A stretch of DNA of 64,000 nt from Nitrospirota bacterium. Lineage in GTDB: Bacteria > Nitrospirota > Thermodesulfovibrionia > Thermodesulfovibrionales > JdFR-85. The stretch lies in NCBI GenBank assembly GCA_015492645.1, contig WGER01000029.1:3621-67620 (forward strand). The letters are read 5' to 3'. This document shows, piece after piece, positions 30,067 to 40,410 of the stretch (within the stretch, counting starts at the first letter, position 1; the number at the start of each line of letters is the position of its first letter). A program made the translations under genes and the position numbers. The notes under the pieces were generated by a model. That model worked only from the letters and a program-made list of their open reading frames with translations, ran no database searches and was not told the origin of the DNA.

Positions 30067-30244
30067 GTTCTGAAGCAGTCCCTGCAAAAGACGATTTCTT
30101 AACAGCAAATCTGGGTAACACGCATTTATGACTTTTGAGTCCTGCTTATGGTATTATTAAACGCTGGACAGAAAGTCGTAACTGTCCAGAGCAGGTCGAT
30201 ACACAGGCAACAGGTAGAAAATGCAACCCTTGAGAGGAGGCCCT

Positions 30245-30874
30245 ATGGCTGAGAATAACCTGGTGTGGCATAAACCATATGTGACAAGAAATGACAGAGA
30301 GGAGTTGAATGGGCACAGGAGTGTCTGTATATGGTTCACAGGGCTACCGAGTTCTGGAAAATCAACCATAGGGCATACCCTTGAAAAGAGGCTCCATAAA
30401 CTCGGTTGCAGGACGATGGTATTCGATGGTGACAACATCCGCCATGGGCTATGTGCAGATCTCGGTTTCAGTCCTGAAGACAGATCAGAGAATATAAGAA
30501 GGATATCTGAGGTGGCAAAACTATTCATAGAGGCAGGCGTGATCGTGATCACCGCCTTTGTCTCACCCTACAGGAAGGACAGACAGAGGGTTAGGGAACT
30601 CCTTGGCGATGACCTGATTGAGGTCTACTGTCGCTGCCCGGTAGATGTCTGCAGACAGAGGGACAGGAAAGGCCATTATGACAAGGCGATAAGGGGCGAA
30701 ATAAAGGAGTTCACAGGTGTCTCCTCTCCCTATGAGGAGCCTGAGTCTCCGGACCTGATTCTGGATACAGACAAACTCGATGTGGATGAGAGCGTCGAGA
30801 TACTATTGAATCTTCTGGTAGAAAGGGGGGTGTTACCCCTCAGTACCCTGAAAGGCCCTCTAAACAGGAGATGA
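30245..30874 (+). CDS. cysC: Adenylyl-sulfate kinase
   Basis: WFTGLPSSGKST, DGDNIRHGL, DRSENIRR, EFTGVSSPYE; SD GAGGAGG before ATG 30245. Confidence 0.96.
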   Translation: MAENNLVWHKPYVTRNDREELNGHRSVCIWFTGLPSSGKSTIGHTLEKRLHKLGCRTMVFDGDNIRHGLCADLGFSPEDRSENIRRISEVAKLFIEAGVIVITAFVSPYRKDRQRVRELLGDDLIEVYCRCPVDVCRQRDRKGHYDKAIRGEIKEFTGVSSPYEEPESPDLILDTDKLDVDESVEILLNLLVERGVLPLSTLKGPLNRR

Positions 30875-30876
30875 TC

Positions 30877-33153
30877 TCACCACACCATAAATAGCCTCCT
30901 GATATTTTTCACTTCCTCGATAACATCAAAGGGCCTGACAGGTCTCATAATCATATCCTTATACCTCTGGACAACCAGATCGTCACCCATGAGACTAACC
31001 CTTACGGCTCCGTCTCTGTCTGTCCTGTAGAGTTTTGTACCCCTGAGCCTCTGAAGCACCAGAGGATTGGGATGACCGTAGGGATTGCCTCTTCCAGCAG
31101 AGATGACCGCTATCTCAGGGGCAACAGTCTTTATAAACTCCTCTCTGCTTGAGGTGAGACTGCCATGATGGGCGACCTTGAGAACCCTGCTCCTGATGTC
31201 AACCGGCAGCCTCAGGATAGCCTCTTCTGCATCTGATTCGATATCTCCTGTGAAAAGCGTGGTGAGAGGCCCCACACCAAGGAGGAAGACAAGGCTCTGA
31301 TTGTTCTCCTCATCTCCTTTGAGACTGTAGTAACCCGATGAGGGATGAAGGACGGTAACTCTAAGGTCGCCCTTTTCAAGAACAGACCCTGCCTTAAGGC
31401 CCCTCTCAGCGACTCCTCTCAGAGGTGGATAAAATCTCAGAAGACCGTTGTGCCAGACCTCTCCTATCTTAAAATCATCCAGTAACCGCCAGAAGCCACC
31501 AGAGTGGTCTCTACCTGCATGACTTATCACTAAGGCATCCACCTCTCTTATTCCTTCATGTCTGAGATAACCGCTCACCTCCACACCAGAGTGTCCTGTA
31601 TCTATAACAATGGTGGTATCGCTGTCCTCTACCACCGCCGCGTCTCCCTGTCCCACATCCAGAAAGGTCACCCTGGGCAGTCTCTCCGGGATGAGGGAAG
31701 GAACAAGAGTCAAAAGAAAGATACTGATAGAACCTATGATCACCCACCTCCTGTTGAGCAAGACACCCAGGGGAATGAGATAAAAGGACAGCAACGTGGC
31801 TGCGGGGAAGCCCTTTACAGGGACCCAGATCAGGGGGTTGTCTGCCAGTTGCTGTACAGTCCAGTTCAGGACCCCGCAGCCCCAGTTCAGCAGAGATCCA
31901 AAGGGGAAGAGTCCTGTGGCAAGATAGCAGAGACTGCCCAGCAGTGCCAGAGGAAGCAGAAACATACAGACAAGAGGGGTCACTATGAGATTCATGGGGA
32001 TGCTCAACAGGGGTATATAATGGAAGAGATAACTGATCACCGGAAGAAGCCCGACAAAGGCACCTGTGCAGATGATGACCGTTCTAAGGGGTATCGTTAT
32101 AAACCTGTTCTTAAAACCCTTAAGAAGGACCTCGCCCATCTGGAGTGCAAAACCTATGGAGAGCACGGCAAGGAATGACATCTGGAAGGAAACCTCCCAC
32201 AGTGTCCCTGGCTCGATAAAAAGGATAACCATTGCAGCAAAAAGCACCCCATAGAGCCACTGGCCCCGCCTTCCGAGAAGGAGTGAAAATACAAACACCA
32301 CCACCATAATAAAGGACCTTATCGCTGGTATCCTTGCCCCTGACAGCAGGAGGTAAAAGATGAGAAGGGGAAATGAAAGCAGCATTGAGGTAACCTTCAG
32401 GTTCAGATATGAAGAGAGTCTGTAGAGCCTCCTCAGATCAAGGAGACCGAGCATCCATCTGTTGAGGTAAAAGACCATTAAACCGAGAATGCCAAAGTGT
32501 GTCCCTGATATGCTCAACAAATGGGCTATCCCTGCCCTCCCATATGTCATCCTGAGATCACCTCCTGTGGTATGACCAATTACTATGGCAGACATCAGTT
32601 CTGCCACATCAGACCTGAAGTTTTTTTGGAAGTATCTGAATAGGTTCCACCTGAGCCTCATGGGTAGCCACCTTAAGTCCTTCTGCTCAGATAGATAAAA
32701 CCTTTCAGGGATAAGTAACAGATCATACCTTGGTGTGATGGCCCCCGGGTTGTATCTCTTATGGAGAGGCACTATCCTGCCTGTTCCTTTCAAAACAGTA
32801 CCTGGCGGAAGGGGGGTATGGAGGAATATCCCGGCAGATGATGCTCCTCTCAGATACACCTCCTGTATCCATCCCCTTTCCGTCTTCTTTGGGAGGTCTG
32901 CCACTGTAGCAACAAAGGATACCTCTGAAAAGAGTGGCTCTTTGGCATCCCTGTCCAGCAGACGGCAATAGGAATAAAGGATACAGACAATGAGTAGCAG
33001 GAACAAGGGAAAGGACCTCTTAATGCCCCATACTCTGTATAAAAAGACAGCCTGTAACGACAGTAAGATCAATAGAGACAATGGAAAGTAGGCCAGCAGG
33101 GACCCAAGGGCGAGCCCTTCAATAGCGAAGAGGTAAAACGCCAGGGGGTTCAC
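30877..33153 (-). CDS. comEC: DNA uptake protein ComEC/Rec2
   Basis: AHLLSISGTH, SFQMSF, FLDVGQGDA, SHAGRDHSGG, KVAHHGS, NPYGHP, RTDRDG. Confidence 0.93.
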   Translation of the reverse strand: MNPLAFYLFAIEGLALGSLLAYFPLSLLILLSLQAVFLYRVWGIKRSFPLFLLLIVCILYSYCRLLDRDAKEPLFSEVSFVATVADLPKKTERGWIQEVYLRGASSAGIFLHTPLPPGTVLKGTGRIVPLHKRYNPGAITPRYDLLLIPERFYLSEQKDLRWLPMRLRWNLFRYFQKNFRSDVAELMSAIVIGHTTGGDLRMTYGRAGIAHLLSISGTHFGILGLMVFYLNRWMLGLLDLRRLYRLSSYLNLKVTSMLLSFPLLIFYLLLSGARIPAIRSFIMVVVFVFSLLLGRRGQWLYGVLFAAMVILFIEPGTLWEVSFQMSFLAVLSIGFALQMGEVLLKGFKNRFITIPLRTVIICTGAFVGLLPVISYLFHYIPLLSIPMNLIVTPLVCMFLLPLALLGSLCYLATGLFPFGSLLNWGCGVLNWTVQQLADNPLIWVPVKGFPAATLLSFYLIPLGVLLNRRWVIIGSISIFLLTLVPSLIPERLPRVTFLDVGQGDAAVVEDSDTTIVIDTGHSGVEVSGYLRHEGIREVDALVISHAGRDHSGGFWRLLDDFKIGEVWHNGLLRFYPPLRGVAERGLKAGSVLEKGDLRVTVLHPSSGYYSLKGDEENNQSLVFLLGVGPLTTLFTGDIESDAEEAILRLPVDIRSRVLKVAHHGSLTSSREEFIKTVAPEIAVISAGRGNPYGHPNPLVLQRLRGTKLYRTDRDGAVRVSLMGDDLVVQRYKDMIMRPVRPFDVIEEVKNIRRLFMVW

Positions 33154-34493
33154 TCCTCACAGAGTCTCCTGATCGCCTCTGCCACCTCTTCTGCTATCTC
33201 ATGAACCTTCTCTGAATCAGGTCCCTCTACCATTACACGGATCTTACTCTCTGTACCCGAGGCCCTCACAAGGACCCTTCCATCAGGGGAAAGCCTCTTC
33301 TCTGCCTGTCTTACCAGTTCATGGACCCTCCTGTCTTCTACTATCCTTCTGTCTTTCACCTTCAAATTAACAAGGACCTGTGGATAGAGGAAGATGTCCG
33401 ACGTCAGTTCTGAAAGAGGTCTCTCCTTCTTTTTCATCAGATAGAGCATCTGGAGGGCGGTTACAGGCCCGTCTCCTGTGGTGTTGTAGTCAAAGAATAC
33501 GATATGTCCTGACTGCTCTCCTCCAAGGTTGTATCCCCCTTTTCTCATCTCCTCCACCACAAATCTGTCTCCAACAGGGGTCCTTACGACAGAGATACCC
33601 CGACTGTTCAGATACCTCTCCACTCCGAGATTGGTCATCACCGTCACAACAACTGTGTCCCTCTGGAGCCTTCCCTCCCTTTTCATCTCCTTTGCCCATA
33701 CTGCCATCGCCCTGTCACCATCCACCTCATTACCCTTTTCATCCACAAACATACATCTGTCTGCATCACCATCATGGGCTATTCCGAGGTCTGCCCCCTG
33801 CCTGAGCACCTCCTCCTTCAGGTGAGTCAGGTCAGTAGAGCCACAGCAGTGGTTTATATTTATCCCGTCCGGACTGTTGTTTATTGGTATCACCTCTGCT
33901 CCGAGTTCGCCAAGTACAGTTGGTGTGATCTTATATGCTGCACCATTGGCGCAGTCAACTACCACCTTCAGCCCCTCAAGTGTTACTCCCTTGGGAATTG
34001 TTGATTTTATAAACTCAATGTATCTTCCAGTGGCATCTTCAAGCCTGTAGGCCTTCCCTATGGAGGCCCCTGCAGGTCTCTGTCCCATATCACCTTCCAG
34101 TACAAGGGCCTCTATCGCCTCTTCCATCGAGTCAGGCAGTTTAAATCCGTCAGGGCCGAAAAACTTTATCCCGTTGTCCTGGAAGGGGTTGTGTGATGCA
34201 GAAATAACTATCCCTGCATCCATCCGCATTGTCCTTGTGAGAAAGGCGATCCCAGGAGTAGGGATGGGACCAACAAGGACCACATTCATCCCCATGGAAC
34301 ATATCCCGGAGGTGAGGGCACTTTCTATCATGTATCCCGAGAGCCTTGTGTCTTTACCTATCAGTATCCTGTTCCTTCCACCCTCTTTCTTCAGGACCCG
34401 TGCTGCGGCCATTCCTATCCTAACCACAGTCTCTGGTGTCATGGGTTCACTGTTTACCTGGCCACGGATACCATCAGTACCAAAAAGTCTCAT
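33150..34493 (-). CDS. glmM: Phosphoglucosamine mutase
   Basis: FGTDGIRG, ISASHNP, DGDADR, GGEQSGH, RASGTE. Confidence 0.96.
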   Translation of the reverse strand: MRLFGTDGIRGQVNSEPMTPETVVRIGMAAARVLKKEGGRNRILIGKDTRLSGYMIESALTSGICSMGMNVVLVGPIPTPGIAFLTRTMRMDAGIVISASHNPFQDNGIKFFGPDGFKLPDSMEEAIEALVLEGDMGQRPAGASIGKAYRLEDATGRYIEFIKSTIPKGVTLEGLKVVVDCANGAAYKITPTVLGELGAEVIPINNSPDGININHCCGSTDLTHLKEEVLRQGADLGIAHDGDADRCMFVDEKGNEVDGDRAMAVWAKEMKREGRLQRDTVVVTVMTNLGVERYLNSRGISVVRTPVGDRFVVEEMRKGGYNLGGEQSGHIVFFDYNTTGDGPVTALQMLYLMKKKERPLSELTSDIFLYPQVLVNLKVKDRRIVEDRRVHELVRQAEKRLSPDGRVLVRASGTESKIRVMVEGPDSEKVHEIAEEVAEAIRRLCEE

Positions 34494-34517
34494 AGGACCC
34501 CCCTCTTATTGTATTGG

Positions 34518-35183
34518 TCAAGACTGCCTTTCTCTCCATACAACCCTTACCGCATCCTGCATCAGCCTTACCCTCTTATGTGGAGGTATCAGACGGAGTT
34601 TCAACTCACCTGGACCTGGTTCCCCATTGCGGGTCTCGGTCCGTAACATCTCCTCCCTCAACTCTTCAGTACTCACATAATCTGTATTGGTGACTATCCT
34701 TGATGGACCCTCTATCTCAACCACAGGAGGTTCAACCTCAAGGACGTATCTGTCTCGGATACCCTTCGAGGTATTGAGTCTTACAGGCACTACCCTCCTC
34801 TGCCTCCTGTCAAGATAGAGTTTGATCTGTGTTGGATATATTTCGGAGATGGTGATTGCCGAAGGCACAGAGATATCCTTCTTGCTGAGTTCATACACCA
34901 CCTCACCCTCTGTAGTTCCTCTGAGGTCCACCCTCACCCTCAGGTCTTCCGGTTTCAAACTCCTCAGTATCCTCTCACTACCAAAGAGTGTCACCTTTAC
35001 AGTCTCTGTGTTCTTCTGCAGGAGTTCAAATCCCTGAGGGACATTGATATACTCAATGGGGAGTGCTAAGGTCATCTCTGAAACACCCTTTGCGGATATG
35101 ATATACCACAGCAAAATCGCTATCAACAGAGAGACCACCTTCAATCCCAGATTGCTCAAAACCATCTCTCTGGTAAACTTCAA
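34518..35183 (-). CDS. cdaR: CdaR/YbbR-like protein
   Basis: N-terminal TM (NLGLKVVSLLIAILLW) and YbbR-like repeat; lies between cdaA and glmM. Confidence 0.8.
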   Translation of the reverse strand: MKFTREMVLSNLGLKVVSLLIAILLWYIISAKGVSEMTLALPIEYINVPQGFELLQKNTETVKVTLFGSERILRSLKPEDLRVRVDLRGTTEGEVVYELSKKDISVPSAITISEIYPTQIKLYLDRRQRRVVPVRLNTSKGIRDRYVLEVEPPVVEIEGPSRIVTNTDYVSTEELREEMLRTETRNGEPGPGELKLRLIPPHKRVRLMQDAVRVVWRERQS

Positions 35184-35956
35184 CGGGACCTCCTTTCGGC
35201 CTTTCTCTCAGTGAAGACCCTTGTGAGGTAGTCCATAAGGGTCGCCATATCCATAGGCCCCTGAAGCCTGCCATATTCAGCCACTGAGATCATACCCGTC
35301 TCTTCTGATACCACAACAACCACTGCATCTGACTCCTCTGTAAGACCGAGAGCAGCCCTGTGCCTTGTTCCAAGGGAACGGCTGATATCTGATCTAAAGG
35401 TGATGGGGAGAAAGCATCCAGCAGCCACCACCCTCTCTCCCCTTATCACAACTGCACCATCATGTATAGGAGAGGAGGGATGAAAGATACTCAGCAGGAG
35501 TTCCTTTGAGACCCTTGCATCAAGGGGGGTACCGATCTCCACCAGTTCATTCAGTGCCATATCCCTCTCCAGCACTATGAGTGCACCTATCTTCCTGTTG
35601 GCCATTGTAATGGCTGCCCTTACTATCTCATCCACTGACTTCATCTCTGATGCAGGAGCAAGGGTGGGCATGAAGGGAGGCTGTCCCATCCTGGCAAGGG
35701 CCTTCCTTATCTCTGGTTGAAAGATGATGATAAGGGCAAGGACCACCTGGGCCCAGAAACTCTGAATGATCCAGTAAAGGGTGTGCAACTGGAGCAGGTC
35801 CGACAGAAAGAAAACACCGAGCAACACCAGAAGCCCCACTATCATCTGTATCGCCCTTGTCCCCTTTATGAGGAGTAAGACCCTGTAAACAACAAAGGCA
35901 ACAATAAGGATATCCAGTATGTCCTGCCATCTCAGATGTCTGAGGAGTTCCTTCAT
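35180..35956 (-). CDS. cdaA: Diadenylate cyclase CdaA
   Basis: Three TM helices, FQPEIR, GALIV, HDGA, GTRHRAA, VSEETG; start ATG 35956. Confidence 0.95.
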   Translation of the reverse strand: MKELLRHLRWQDILDILIVAFVVYRVLLLIKGTRAIQMIVGLLVLLGVFFLSDLLQLHTLYWIIQSFWAQVVLALIIIFQPEIRKALARMGQPPFMPTLAPASEMKSVDEIVRAAITMANRKIGALIVLERDMALNELVEIGTPLDARVSKELLLSIFHPSSPIHDGAVVIRGERVVAAGCFLPITFRSDISRSLGTRHRAALGLTEESDAVVVVVSEETGMISVAEYGRLQGPMDMATLMDYLTRVFTERKAERRSR

Positions 35957-35957
35957 C

Positions 35958-37316
35958 TTATGAGCCGTGGAGGTCTCTCTGGATGGGATCCTCTGATTCA
36001 GCCGCCTTTGGCTCAATAGGTAAAAGGATGCCCACCGTGCTGTTGTCCTCTGTCAGATACTTCCTGGCCACCCTCTGTACATCTTCAGGGCTCACCCTGT
36101 TAAGTGCCTCCAGATACCTCTCCTTCAGTTGCCACCCCCCTTTTATCTCGAACATGCCCAGTAGTTCTGCCTGGAAGAAAATAGAGTCCAGCCCCATCAA
36201 AAGCGACGCCTCTATCTGGTTCTTCGCTTTCTGCACCTCCCTTTCCGATGGTGGAGATTCCTTTATCTCCTCAATCACCTCCCAGAGGGCGTCCTCCAGT
36301 CTCTTAACATCTACACCTGATGAGGCGGTCGCCCCGGTAAAAAAGAGGAAAGGGTCAAGAGATAGAGAACTGTAGGAGGCAAAGGTCGATACCGCAAGTT
36401 GTTCCTCTCTCACCACACTCTTATACAATCTGCCACTCTTACCAGACAGTATTGAACTGAGGACCTCAAGGGGTGCACTGTCTGGATGGGGGAAAACGGG
36501 TGTATGAAAGGCCATAAGAAGAAAGGGTAGTTGGGCCTCTTTTTTTAGATAAACCCTCTTCTGGCCCCTCTGGGGAGGTTCCTCAGGTGAACTAACCTCA
36601 TCTGATGGGCATATCGGTGCATCAGCCAGTGAGTCCTTTATCTTCTCATATATAACCTCTGGTTCTACATCACCTGCAATCACCACAAAGGCATTGTCAG
36701 CACAGTAAAATCTCCTGTAGTGCCTCTCAAGGTCATCCTTTCCTATCCCTTTGAGGTCAGACATCCATCCTATTATCGGTCTTCGGTAGGGGTGCACCTT
36801 AAATGCGGTCGCCACCACCTCCTCATAGAGCAGACTCTGCGGGTCATCCTCATATCTGAGTCTCCTCTCTTCCATCACCACATTCCTCTCATACCTTACA
36901 TCCTCTTCGGTGAAGGTGAGGGCCTTCATCCTTTTGGCCTCAAGGGCAAGGGCGATATCAATCCTGTCAGATGGAAGTGTCTCGTAATACATGGTATAGT
37001 CTCTTGTGGTAAAGGCATTGTCCACCCCTCCATTCTTCTGGATCAATCTGGAGAACCCCTTTGTTCCTTTAAACATCATATGTTCCAGCAGGTGGCTGAT
37101 ACCACTCTTGCCACCAGGCTCATCTTTTGATCCTACCCTATACCAGATCTGGATTGTCACCAATGGTGCCTTATGATCTTCTGAGACCAGGACCTTCATC
37201 CCATTGGGTAAGAGAAACTCCCTCACCACCTGTCCCTGATATACAGAGACCTCTGATCCCTCTGCCCGGAGAGGCAACAGCAACACAAGGAGTATGAAAA
37301 CAGCAGTTATTCTCAT
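35958..37316 (-). CDS. M16 family zinc metallopeptidase with signal peptide
   Basis: HLLEHMMFKGT (HxxEH), NAFT, ERNVVMEE. Confidence 0.92.
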   Translation of the reverse strand: MRITAVFILLVLLLPLRAEGSEVSVYQGQVVREFLLPNGMKVLVSEDHKAPLVTIQIWYRVGSKDEPGGKSGISHLLEHMMFKGTKGFSRLIQKNGGVDNAFTTRDYTMYYETLPSDRIDIALALEAKRMKALTFTEEDVRYERNVVMEERRLRYEDDPQSLLYEEVVATAFKVHPYRRPIIGWMSDLKGIGKDDLERHYRRFYCADNAFVVIAGDVEPEVIYEKIKDSLADAPICPSDEVSSPEEPPQRGQKRVYLKKEAQLPFLLMAFHTPVFPHPDSAPLEVLSSILSGKSGRLYKSVVREEQLAVSTFASYSSLSLDPFLFFTGATASSGVDVKRLEDALWEVIEEIKESPPSEREVQKAKNQIEASLLMGLDSIFFQAELLGMFEIKGGWQLKERYLEALNRVSPEDVQRVARKYLTEDNSTVGILLPIEPKAAESEDPIQRDLHGS

Positions 37317-37813
37317 CTCAGGTCCTCTAATTCGTGGTGCATCTTTATGAACCTCTCTACGGATGGATGGTCCGGGCCAAGGACCCTTTTGAACCTCTCA
37401 AGCGCCTCTTCGTAGGAGACCTCCCTATCGCCATCTATGAGGTTGTCAGCATAGGCCACTATCTTTTCTTCCAGGGTCTCTGGTATATAGTCCCTGGGGG
37501 GCAGCCCCAGGGTCTCTGCCTCCTCCTTTGAAATCCCCGCGCCTATGTGTCTCTCCACTATCCTGATAATCCTCTCATCCACACCCCACTGCCTTGCCAT
37601 CTCTGCACCGACCACTGCATGGTTAATACCATGGGTCTTTGTCCTGCCTATGTCATGATATATCGCACCAAGTTCCACCAGTCTCCTATCCACAAGGGCA
37701 TTTAAAGAGTCCGCAATCCTGAGGGCAACCCTTCTGACAGCAAGGATATGGCCTCTCAACTCAGGGCCGCAGCCAAGACACTCAAGAAGCCTGGCTATCT
37801 CCCTCTCTTCCAA
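37313..37813 (-). CDS. HDIG-domain phosphohydrolase, TIGR00295-like
   Basis: HDIGR, HAVVG, ERHIGAG, PETLEEKIVAYADNL. Confidence 0.82.
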   Translation of the reverse strand: MEEREIARLLECLGCGPELRGHILAVRRVALRIADSLNALVDRRLVELGAIYHDIGRTKTHGINHAVVGAEMARQWGVDERIIRIVERHIGAGISKEEAETLGLPPRDYIPETLEEKIVAYADNLIDGDREVSYEEALERFKRVLGPDHPSVERFIKMHHELEDLR

Positions 37814-37819
37814 GGCCCC

Positions 37820-39904
37820 TTACTTCTCCTTCTCTTTCTCAGCCTTCTTCTCCTCTATTATCTTCTGGGCTATATGCGGGGGGACCTCTTCATAGTGGGA
37901 AAACTCCATGGTATAAAGGCCCCTACCTGAGGTGAGACTGTGGAGTTGGTTGGCGTAGGTAAGCATCTCTGCCATGGGCACAAGTGCTGTGATCTTCTGG
38001 TTGCCACCAGCCTGTGGTTCCATCCCCTGGACCTTCCCCCTCTTCGCATTCAGGTCTCCAATAACGGCTCCAAGGGTCTCTTCAGGGGTTATCACCTCCA
38101 CCCTCATGATGGGCTCAAGGAGTACGGGTTTGGCCTCCATTGCGGCCTTCTTTATGGCAAGGGAGCCGGCTATCTTGAAGGCGAGTTCAGAGGAATCAAC
38201 AGAGTGGTAGGAACCGTCATACAGTGTGACTCTGAGATCAACCATAGGATATCCGGCAAGTATCCCCTCTCTGAGCGCCTCTACTATACCCTTCTCCACA
38301 GCAGGTATGTACTGCTTGGGTATAACACCACCCACAATCTTGTCCACAAACTCAAAGCCTGCCCCCCTCGGCAGGGGCTCTATCTCTATCCAGCAGTCGC
38401 CATACTGTCCTCTACCACCGGTCTGCTTCTTGTATTTCCCCTGTGCCTTCGCTCTTCCCTTTATCGTCTCTCTGTAGGGCACTTTGGGGGTCTTCATCTC
38501 AACCTCAACACCGAACTTCCGCTGAAGCCTCTGTAATGCGACCTCAATATGTAGTTGGCCCATGCCTGACAGTATCAACTCATTCGTCTCCTCATCTCTG
38601 TGGTACCTAAGTGTGGGATCCTCCTCACCGAGTTTCTGGAGGGCAGCACTTATCTTCTCCTCATCGCCCTTACTCTTCGGGGCTATCGCATAAGAGAGGA
38701 TTGGCTCTGCAAACCTTACAGGCTCATACACAACAGGGGCACTCTCATCACAGAGTGTATCCCCTGTGTTGGTGTTTTTCAGTTTTGCCACAACAACGAT
38801 CTCACCAGGACCTGCTGTCTGGGCAGAGACCTGTTTCTTCCCAAGCAGGTAGGACACCTGTCCAATCCTCTCCTTGGTGTCTGTGGATGCATTATATACA
38901 GTGGAATCGGCCTTCAGCACCCCGGAATACACCCTCATTACTGTCAGTTTACCTGCAAAGGGATCTGAGATGGTCTTGAACACATAGGCGGAAAGGGGGG
39001 CATCCGGTGAGGGATTTCTTGTCACCTCTGTATCACCCTTGGGGTTCCTCCCCTTCAGTGGTCTTATACGTGCCATCTCCTCCGGTGAAGGCAGACACAG
39101 AAGGACGGCATCCATCAGGAGATCAACCCCGATGTTTGAGGTGGCAGAACCACAGACCACTGGTACAAACCTCCTGGTGAGGGAGCCCTCTCTCACCCCC
39201 TTCAGCAGTTCCTCCTCTGTCAACTCTCCCCCCTCCAGGTATCTCTCCAGCAATTCGTCATCCGCCTCTGCAATCTTCTCAACCAGTTTCTTCCTGTACT
39301 CCTCGACCTCCTCTGAGGAGGAGACATCTGTCTCTACCCTCTTACCTCCTTCCCATCTGTAGGCCTTCATCCTGATCAGGTCTACTATACCTGAGAAGGA
39401 CTCACCTTCCCCCATAGGGATGTTCAGAGGTATAGCCTCTGTCTCAAAGGCCTTCTCTATCTCTCCGATAGCACGTGAGAAGTTGGCATTCTCCTTGTCC
39501 ATCTTGTTGACAAAGATGAGCCTCGGTAGTTCATACTCACAGGCATACCTCCAGACCTTGTCCGTCTCTGCCTTCACCCCTGAGATTGCACTTACTATTA
39601 TTACCGCCCCGTCAGAGACCCTGAGACAACCCCTTGTCTCTTCAATGAAGTTCAGAAATCCTGGTGTGTCTATGATATTCAATCTATGGCCATTCCAGTC
39701 ACAGTACGCAACCGCAGAGGTGATGGACATCTTTCTCTCTATCTCTTCAGGCTCATAATCAGTAACGGTATTGCCTGCCTCTGTGGAACCAAGCCTGTCA
39801 ATCATTCCAGCCTGCAAGAGCATCGCCTCAACCAGAGAGGTCTTCCCTGCACCGCTGTGGGCTACGACCGAAAAGGTCCTCACTTTCTTCACATCCTTAA
39901 CCAT
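37820..39904 (-). CDS. fusA: Elongation factor G paralogue (EF-G2-like)
   Basis: AHSGAGKT, DTPG, NKMD, GMGQLH, KKQTGGRGQYG, YHSVDSSE; G2 motif RKMSI instead of RGITI; not in an rpsL-rpsG-tuf context. Confidence 0.88.
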   Translation of the reverse strand: MVKDVKKVRTFSVVAHSGAGKTSLVEAMLLQAGMIDRLGSTEAGNTVTDYEPEEIERKMSITSAVAYCDWNGHRLNIIDTPGFLNFIEETRGCLRVSDGAVIIVSAISGVKAETDKVWRYACEYELPRLIFVNKMDKENANFSRAIGEIEKAFETEAIPLNIPMGEGESFSGIVDLIRMKAYRWEGGKRVETDVSSSEEVEEYRKKLVEKIAEADDELLERYLEGGELTEEELLKGVREGSLTRRFVPVVCGSATSNIGVDLLMDAVLLCLPSPEEMARIRPLKGRNPKGDTEVTRNPSPDAPLSAYVFKTISDPFAGKLTVMRVYSGVLKADSTVYNASTDTKERIGQVSYLLGKKQVSAQTAGPGEIVVVAKLKNTNTGDTLCDESAPVVYEPVRFAEPILSYAIAPKSKGDEEKISAALQKLGEEDPTLRYHRDEETNELILSGMGQLHIEVALQRLQRKFGVEVEMKTPKVPYRETIKGRAKAQGKYKKQTGGRGQYGDCWIEIEPLPRGAGFEFVDKIVGGVIPKQYIPAVEKGIVEALREGILAGYPMVDLRVTLYDGSYHSVDSSELAFKIAGSLAIKKAAMEAKPVLLEPIMRVEVITPEETLGAVIGDLNAKRGKVQGMEPQAGGNQKITALVPMAEMLTYANQLHSLTSGRGLYTMEFSHYEEVPPHIAQKIIEEKKAEKEKEK

Positions 39905-39914
39905 ATTACCCCCT

Positions 39915-40370
39915 TTATGTTATAGATTCAGAAGTATCCCCTTCTGATGAGATGACCTCCTCCACGATCGGTTTGTACTCTATCCGTCTTTCCATCCTTG
40001 ATGTGATCAGCCTGACTATTACAAAGGCGAGACCGAAGGCCCCGAATCCCAGGGCAGCGGCGAGAAGATCAGGGTCAAAACCTCTGAAGACCCCCGACAG
40101 GATCTCCTTCCCCACTACTGCTCCGATTATAAGGGCAAGGGCCGGGATACCATAGATGATCACCGAGCCCTTCAGATAGGAATATGGCCTGAAGACCACC
40201 TTCACCCTGTCTCCCACCTCAGCCTTTGCCTGATTAAATGCCTCTATGATCGCTCCCCCCTCTGTAAGCATACACTTTCCCTCTGTACATTTATCGCAGA
40301 TACTCTTCCGTTCCACAAGGACCGTTGCAAGGACCCCCTCTGTCTTCTGCACAACACCAATCTCTTCCAT
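39915..40370 (-). CDS. RseC/MucC family protein
   Basis: MEEIGVV, CDKC...C, AEVGDRV, YGIP followed by two TM helices. Confidence 0.85.
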   Translation of the reverse strand: MEEIGVVQKTEGVLATVLVERKSICDKCTEGKCMLTEGGAIIEAFNQAKAEVGDRVKVVFRPYSYLKGSVIIYGIPALALIIGAVVGKEILSGVFRGFDPDLLAAALGFGAFGLAFVIVRLITSRMERRIEYKPIVEEVISSEGDTSESIT

Positions 40371-40410
40371 TCTTTAAGGATTTTAACAAAAAAACCCTCC
40401 TCACTTCCAA

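Noticed and set aside
29851-30108. 85-aa minus-strand ORF and overlapping 71-aa plus-strand ORF
   Set aside because: They run through the repeat, whose second copy differs by frame-breaking indels
30164-30189. Hairpin CTGGACAG...CTGTCCAG upstream of cysC with GTCGTAACTG, reminiscent of a ZTP riboswitch
   Set aside because: The remaining ZTP consensus elements are missing; only a simple 8-bp stem is supported
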